A stretch of 63,885 bases of DNA, the filler included, from Thelocarpon superellum (Eukaryota): the NCBI GenBank assembly GCA_026025795.1. It is 3 parts of 3 records of this genome, joined end to end, with 100 filler letters (N's around TTAATTAATTAA, not from the genome) between each part and the next. Parts side by side here need not be neighbours in the genome. Positions count along the whole stretch, not along the records: positions 44,347 to 63,885 come from JAPEUG010000343.1; 2 more parts are not named here. One strand, 5' to 3'. The stretch's first letter is position 1; each line of letters starts with the position of its first letter. The notes beneath the pieces were generated by a model, which was not told the origin of the DNA, did not search any database, and saw only the letters and a program-made list of their open reading frames with translations. The position numbers and the translations under genes are program-made. This document shows, piece after piece, positions 58,312 through 63,885 of the stretch.

Positions 58312-59984
58312 ATGTCGCTGCCAGGACTTCAGCTGTCGGCGCCAGCGGTGCGTGAAGATGATTCCCGGCCTCATCCCGCTACCTTAGAGAAGCTGACGTC
58401 TCCGCAGATTGAAACAACCCCGTCTATCCACGTGCTGAAGAGTGGAGCAGAATGGCGCTTCGAGGTGGCCTTTACGAACAAGGTGGAGGTCAAAGTGCTC
58501 TCGGGGAGCGCTGAGCTCTTTGGCACCGAGCTGGCGCCCACGCAACCCTACACCTTCACCGGGACCAAAGCGGCCATCTACACCTGGCATGGCTGCTGCC
58601 TCGAGGTCACGGGCGAGTGCCAGGTCGAGTACGTGGCCGAGGAGACGCCGATGGTCAGCTATGTCAATACACATTTCGCCCTGGAGCGGGCCCGGCAGGA
58701 ATCGGTCGCACACCATCGAGAGGGGCCGCGGGTGATGGTGGTGGGCCCAGACAATGCAGGCAAGACCAGCCTGGTGAAGATCCTCACCGGCTACGCGGTC
58801 AAGGCCGCAAGGCAGCCGCTCGTCATCAACCTGGACTCGCGCGAGGGTCTGATGTCCCTGCCAGGCAGCTTGACCGCCACCGTCTTCTCGACTCTCGTCG
58901 ATGTGGAAGAGGGGTGGGGGAGCAGCCCTACATCGGGGCCGTCGCCGGTGCCCGTCAAGCTGCCCCTGGTTTATTACTACGGATTGCCCTCACCCGAAGA
59001 CAACAGCAAGATGTTCAAGTCCATCACCACCCGGATCGCCGTAAGCGCCACGTCGCGGCTTGCGGACGACCCGGCGACCAAGGTGGCCGGCTGCCTCATC
59101 GACACGCCGGGTGTCATCAGCCAAGGCAAGGGAGGATACGACATCATCCAGCATCTGGTATCCGAGTTCTCCGGTATGGCTCTCCCTCGTCTGCACCGCT
59201 CATCCTGCTGACGTCTGGCGATAGTCAACGTGTTACTGGTGTTGGGGTCGGAACGGCTGTACAGCGACATGCTACGAAGATTCGGCGGCACCAAGACCAG
59301 CACAGACGAATCCATCACGGTGCTAAAGCTGTCCAAATCCGGCGGCTGCGTCGACCGCGACGAAGCGTACATGAAGCAGGCGCGACAGGCGCAGGTGCGA
59401 GAATACTTCTTCGGCGACGCCAAACGAACCCTGAGTCCACACACGCAGCAAGTCGACTTTAGCCAAGTGCATATTCTCAAGATCCGCGAAGGTAGTGTCT
59501 TCCCTCTGTTCTCCTCCTCTCTTTCTCCTCTTCTTCCTTTCCCTCCACCGCCAACACCCCCACCACCACCTCCTCCTCCTCCTCCTCCTCCTCCTCCTCC
59601 TCCTCCTCCTCCTCCTCCTCCCTCTCGTACACATCCACTAACGCGCACCACACAGCCAACGCGCTCCACGCCTCGCTTCTACCCGGCGGGCATGACGACG
59701 AGGAGGAGGAGGAGAAAGGAGAGGATGGCCCGGGAGCACGAATATTCGAGGAGCTGGCGCCGTCCCCCATCCTCCAAAACGGCATCATGGCACTGATGCG
59801 CGCCGAGCTGCACGACTCCCACGCGAGTATCCGCGACGCGAGCGTCCTCGGCTTCGTTTACGTCGCGGACGTCGACGACCAGCGGAAGAAATTGAGATTG
59901 CTGGCCCCCGTCGCGGGTCGGTTGCCTGCTTGTCCTATGGTATGGGGCAGTTGGCCCGAGCCCTCGTTGAATCTTGTTGGTTGA
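58312..59984 (+). CDS. CLP1: mRNA cleavage/polyadenylation factor Clp1 (polynucleotide 5'-kinase family)
   Basis: EWRFEV, GSAELFGTELA, AIYTWHGC, P-loop VVGPDNAGKTSL, LIDTPG, KSGGCVDRD, VREYFFG and GFVYVADVD. Three introns. Confidence 0.95.
59571..59622. repeat. (CCT)n microsatellite inside CLP1 intron ~59492-59654
   Basis: About 17 CCT units; the poly-Pro/Glu/Gly runs in the ORF track come from this tract. Confidence 0.9.
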
Positions 59985-60080
59985 TGCATGAGAGACGAGG
60001 GTTCAGCGGTGAGGAGCGGTACATACTGTAGTGGATCGGAAAGAGACTGAAAGAAAATGCTCTCTATGCCAGACTATTAC

Positions 60081-61382
60081 TTATGATGGTACCTTCTCTT
60101 GTGAGCATGGCGCAATCAGAGCGGCTGTCCGACCTTGCCCAAACTCATCCAAGATGCTAGATACGTTCCGAACGCCCTTCAAGACGTTCTCGTCTCGCCC
60201 TTGGCCTGGTGTCCAGCTGGCGTGCGCAAAGTCAATCAGCTTGACCACGTGGCTCCGTCGGGTCTTCGCGCTGCCTTGCTCGGATTCCTCCTCGTCGTGC
60301 CCTTCGTCGTCGTCGCTGTCGTTCTCGTGGTCGTGGTATTCGGTTATCGTTCTCGGCGGTTTTACATCCTTTTCTTGATGTGTTGGAGCCTGTATTCGCC
60401 GTAGCTCGAGCTCGTTCTCTCCCTGAAGAGCCGCGTCAAGAGCCTGAGGGTCACCTTCGTACACGCAGAGGATGCTCGCGCCATACATCCGGCTCTCGTC
60501 TCCCTCGAGCACACTTCGGATTCCCTCAATCTCTCGCCTTAACTTTCTGGCGACCGCTTGTCCCATGGCCTGCGTGATGCCTGCCCTCTCGACGAAGAGA
60601 AAATCCTCGAATCCCTCCACCACAGTCTTGGCGTCGAAGGAGCGTCCATACATCTTTCCAAATACCCTGTAGCCCTCGGCGTCGAGGCCCTCGTCTCCCT
60701 CCGCCGCATGGCCCTGCCAAACCTTCATGCCAGAGATGCGAAAGCCTAGCGAGCTGCTGGTCGTGTCCGCGGCAACCTTCTCTAGACGAGCTCGCTTCAT
60801 GGGCTCGGCGGAGGAATCACACATGACGGATCCAAGCTTCACATCGAGAACGTTTGGGCGATAAAAGTCCGCCGCTGCATTAGAGAGCACGATGCAGACG
60901 TTCGTATCGAGTTTCCGGCCGCGAGAGAAGCCGTAGAGCTGAGGTTGCAAGGGGGCCTCGGGTGAGGCGCCCGCTCCGTGGTCGACGCCATGTCCATGAG
61001 ACTGGCTCTCGTTCTTAGCACGGGGTCCAGTCGCCTCGGATGCGGCTTGGACGGACTTCAGGTGAGCATTAGCCATGGCAGTCGGGTCGCGAAGCGATTG
61101 CTGTGGTGACAGCTCGAGCTGGCCCATGAAGGTTGGCATGTAGGCCGCCACGGCCGGGTGGAAGGCATTGGCCGATTCATAGAAGCTGATCTCAGCCGGG
61201 GTACAGGGCTTGATGACCACTTCCCCGGCGACATCAGAGAGCACGCCGTCACTGTGGTGGTGATGGCGGTGAGCAAGCAATTGGTCTGGATTGGGAGAGG
61301 AAAAGGCAGGGGGAGCTCACTGGCCAGCCACGACGTCATCAAACAATACCAGATCGGATTCTTTGTAAGGATGTTGGGTCAT
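60081..61382 (-). CDS. IPK2: Inositol polyphosphate multikinase (Ipk2/Arg82 family)
   Basis: VAGH|DGVL, EISFYES, PNVLDVKLG (PxxxDxKxG), TTSSSLGFRISG, SRMYGASILCVYEGD and VKLIDFAHA. Confidence 0.92.
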
Positions 61383-62146
61383 CGTGTGGGAGAAGGAGAG
61401 TGAGAAGTGAAGCGTCGTAAAGGAGAGACGGGAGGAAGGGAGCACGGCATGGTCTGTGGAGGCGGCGATCTGGATGATGCGGCCCCTCAGCTTCACGGCT
61501 CCAGTATGAGGGTGAGAAATTCTGCGTTGTCCGAAGAAGTCTTAGGTCCTGTCGAGCCTACTCGTGCTGGATAGCGAAAGGCCAAAGGCGACGAGCGAAG
61601 ACACGACGTAATATTCGTCAGACACTGCCCTCCGCCGCGGGCGGCGTCTCATTTTCCCGGTTCCCATTTCCCATTTTCCGCTCTCCGTGTTTTGGGACAC
61701 CCGAGCACGGCACCTCTCCGCACCCCTGTCCCCTGTCTCCACCTCCGCCAATAGCTCACCCCCGTCTCCCGGTTGGCGATGTCCCGCACCCTGCTGCAGG
61801 CAATCAGATCCGCACGATCCAATCATCAGGCTGTATGATCCTAGTCCGATTGCCTGTCACCGCTGGCCTCCTTCATGGAGCTGGTTTGCCTCATTCGCTC
61901 ACGCCCACGCGTGTTGTCCTTGTCACCGCATCTTCTACCTCGCTTGCCCGGGTTATTCACGGCCGCTGAGTCTCGTAGTGACGGCTTTGACACAAACACC
62001 TCACGATTTATGATCTCTTTGATTGACACCAGCTTGGCTGCTGAGCTCAGCTGGGGCAGCCTTCTTCTCTTACCGAGCTGGAACTCTTCCCTCTAACTCG
62101 TTTGCTGTTGCCAACAATATCTCTTTCGTTGACTCACATCACAGAC

Positions 62147-63885
62147 ATGGCCTACGTTGACATGTCCTCTGTCGACATGTCCTCTCCGGATGACGACCTC
62201 TCTGAGCCCAAAGGCCTAACGGGCAAAACCGTGACGGTCAATACTCAGAATCCGCCAGGGGCCGAGTCACAGTTTGCTGAGCTACAGATCTCGGACAAAG
62301 ACCCTGGCCAGGCGGACATGGGCAAGCCCGTGGGCACGAAAAAGAAGAAAAAGCGAAATAAGAAGTCAGCGACGAAGACGAAAGGATCCGGCTTTGAAGG
62401 CGAGTCGCTACGACGTCTGGCCTACGACTACGGCTGACTCCCCATGTTAGAGAACTTTGCCGACGCTCCTATCACACCCGTCGAGTACGAAGAGGAGACT
62501 AACGACATCTACCACCCGTAAGCGTTCCCCCACGGAGGCCGCCGATTCGTACTCACCTCCATGACCTAGGTCTCGCAGCTTTACCGAGTAAGCAGTCGAC
62601 CCATGTGGTCCTCCTTGGCAGCTGACCACGGGCTCAGGCGTATCGAGCTATGCATCCAACGGTACCGCGCCAAGCGTCGATTCGACAACGAGCAACGGAA
62701 CATCTTCGACAAGTATCTCTCGCTCGGAGGCATTGATGTCGGCCCGAAGATGTTCAACGGAGGTCTAGACCCCAAGGAGCTTGACGAGGCCGATGTTGAG
62801 CAAATTCGAGCCATCACGGCGACGGATTCCGTTGGCGGAAACAAAGCACGCGCTGGGAGCGATGGATCAGACTGGATCGTGGACTTTGAGGGCATTGCCA
62901 AATGCTTCTTGTAAGACTCTTCGAGCCAAGCTGCCCTCCTGCATTTCTTTGACGTCTCTCAACAGCTCTTCGGCGCGAATCAGTGGCATCTTTGACTTTG
63001 GCGCGCCCGGGAGCATTGAGCGGGCGACGGGGGTAGTGCGAAACTTCCTGAACTATATCCTCTACCACAACGTCTGCCCGGAATACAACGACCAAGTCAA
63101 CGCCGCGCGTTCCATTTGCGATCTCGCGCAGAAAGAGCACCGCCACATCATCCAGGCCAGCTTGCTGTTTCCGGGAAAGTTCAACGTGGCCTGCTCCACT
63201 CTCTACGGCGGCTGCTACCAAGGCCTGTGGGCGGGAGACAAAGAATGGGCCAAAGGCCTCCACCTCACTCTCGGCATGAGCGACCGTGACGCCAAAGCGA
63301 TCGTCATGATGGCCCTGTCGGCATACGGCACACATGAGCAAGTCGAGCAAGCCTCCAAGGAAATGAAGGTGGTCAAGACCGAGTACATCTCCTTCGAAAT
63401 CATTGAGATCCTTCCACCGCCGCAGCTGGTGCGGACATGGTACGAAGAAACGGTGCCCGATCTGAAGCCCTTTGGAAAAGTGAAGGTCAAGCAATGGATC
63501 CCGCCGTATCCCTCGCACGAGGACATCGGCGAGGATGTAGACGACTCACTGGTGACCGAGGACTTCGAGTTGCTGCTCGAAGAGAGCATTTTGAGCCACT
63601 GCTTCAAAGGAATGAAGATTCGCGCGGAAGTGAGCCACCTCAACTGCGGCTTCTCTTTTTTCGACACCGTCACGGCCGTCGACTGCTCCTTCTTCCTCTG
63701 GCTGCCCTGTGAGGCCCTGGTCGGCTGGAAGGAGCCTGTTGATGTTTCCTTATCTCCCCGGCCGTTGGACATCGTCGGCACCGAGACAGTGGATGGGATC
63801 GAGTTTGCAGACGGGACGCTTGGGGAGGCCATAGCCAAGCAGAAACCGGTGGGAGACTGGGATCTTGAGATAGTAGATGAGTCAT
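62147..63885 (+). CDS. arb1: Argonaute siRNA chaperone (ARC) complex subunit Arb1 (3' end beyond the window)
   Basis: GSGFE|ENFADAPITPVEYEEE..YHP|SRSFTE|RIELCIQRYRAKRR, FDKYLSLGGI, VDFEGIAKCF, VRNFLNYILYHNVCPEY and FPGKFNVACSTLYGG. The frame is open to the window end. Confidence 0.85.

Noticed and set aside
59492..59654. Poly-Pro stretch in a Clp1 ORF translation
   Set aside because: It lies inside an intron (GTAGTG..CTAAC..CAG) as a CCT microsatellite.

Overview
Gene-dense, GC-rich genomic DNA from a filamentous ascomycete (Pezizomycotina-type genes; short GT-AG introns with CTRAY branch points). Two artificial 100-bp linkers (44 N + TTAATTAATTAA + 44 N at 22218-22317 and 44247-44346) divide the window into three joined contigs, so gene order across them is unproven. 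About 29 protein-coding loci can be modelled by eye. Most are housekeeping genes: ACB1 (5' end only), a CUE-domain protein, DHODH, SMC2, GDI1, NOT2, MRPL4, LYS2, PRM1, an SDR, xanthine dehydrogenase, an ADP-ribosylglycohydrolase, MGS1, kynurenine aminotransferase, NECAP, AP-3 beta, PPG1, Rho-GDI, a Bqt4-like APSES protein, CLP1, IPK2 and Arb1. The first ~7 kb looks accessory: two divergent, apparently paralogous orphan secreted proteins (one with a single in-frame TGA) and a divergent secreted aspartic protease. Other points worth checking are a 3x65-bp minisatellite in the SMC2 intron that splits the ABC signature region, a G4-type repeat before the SMC2 start, a structured GC hairpin plus HMG/Ste12-like motifs upstream of PRM1, a stop-inserting NAGNAG acceptor in MGS1, and two unnamed proteins with possible degenerate GT-A and RecA-like folds. 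I found no rRNA, tRNA, CRISPR array or intact transposon. All identifications come from motif recognition, not database searches.
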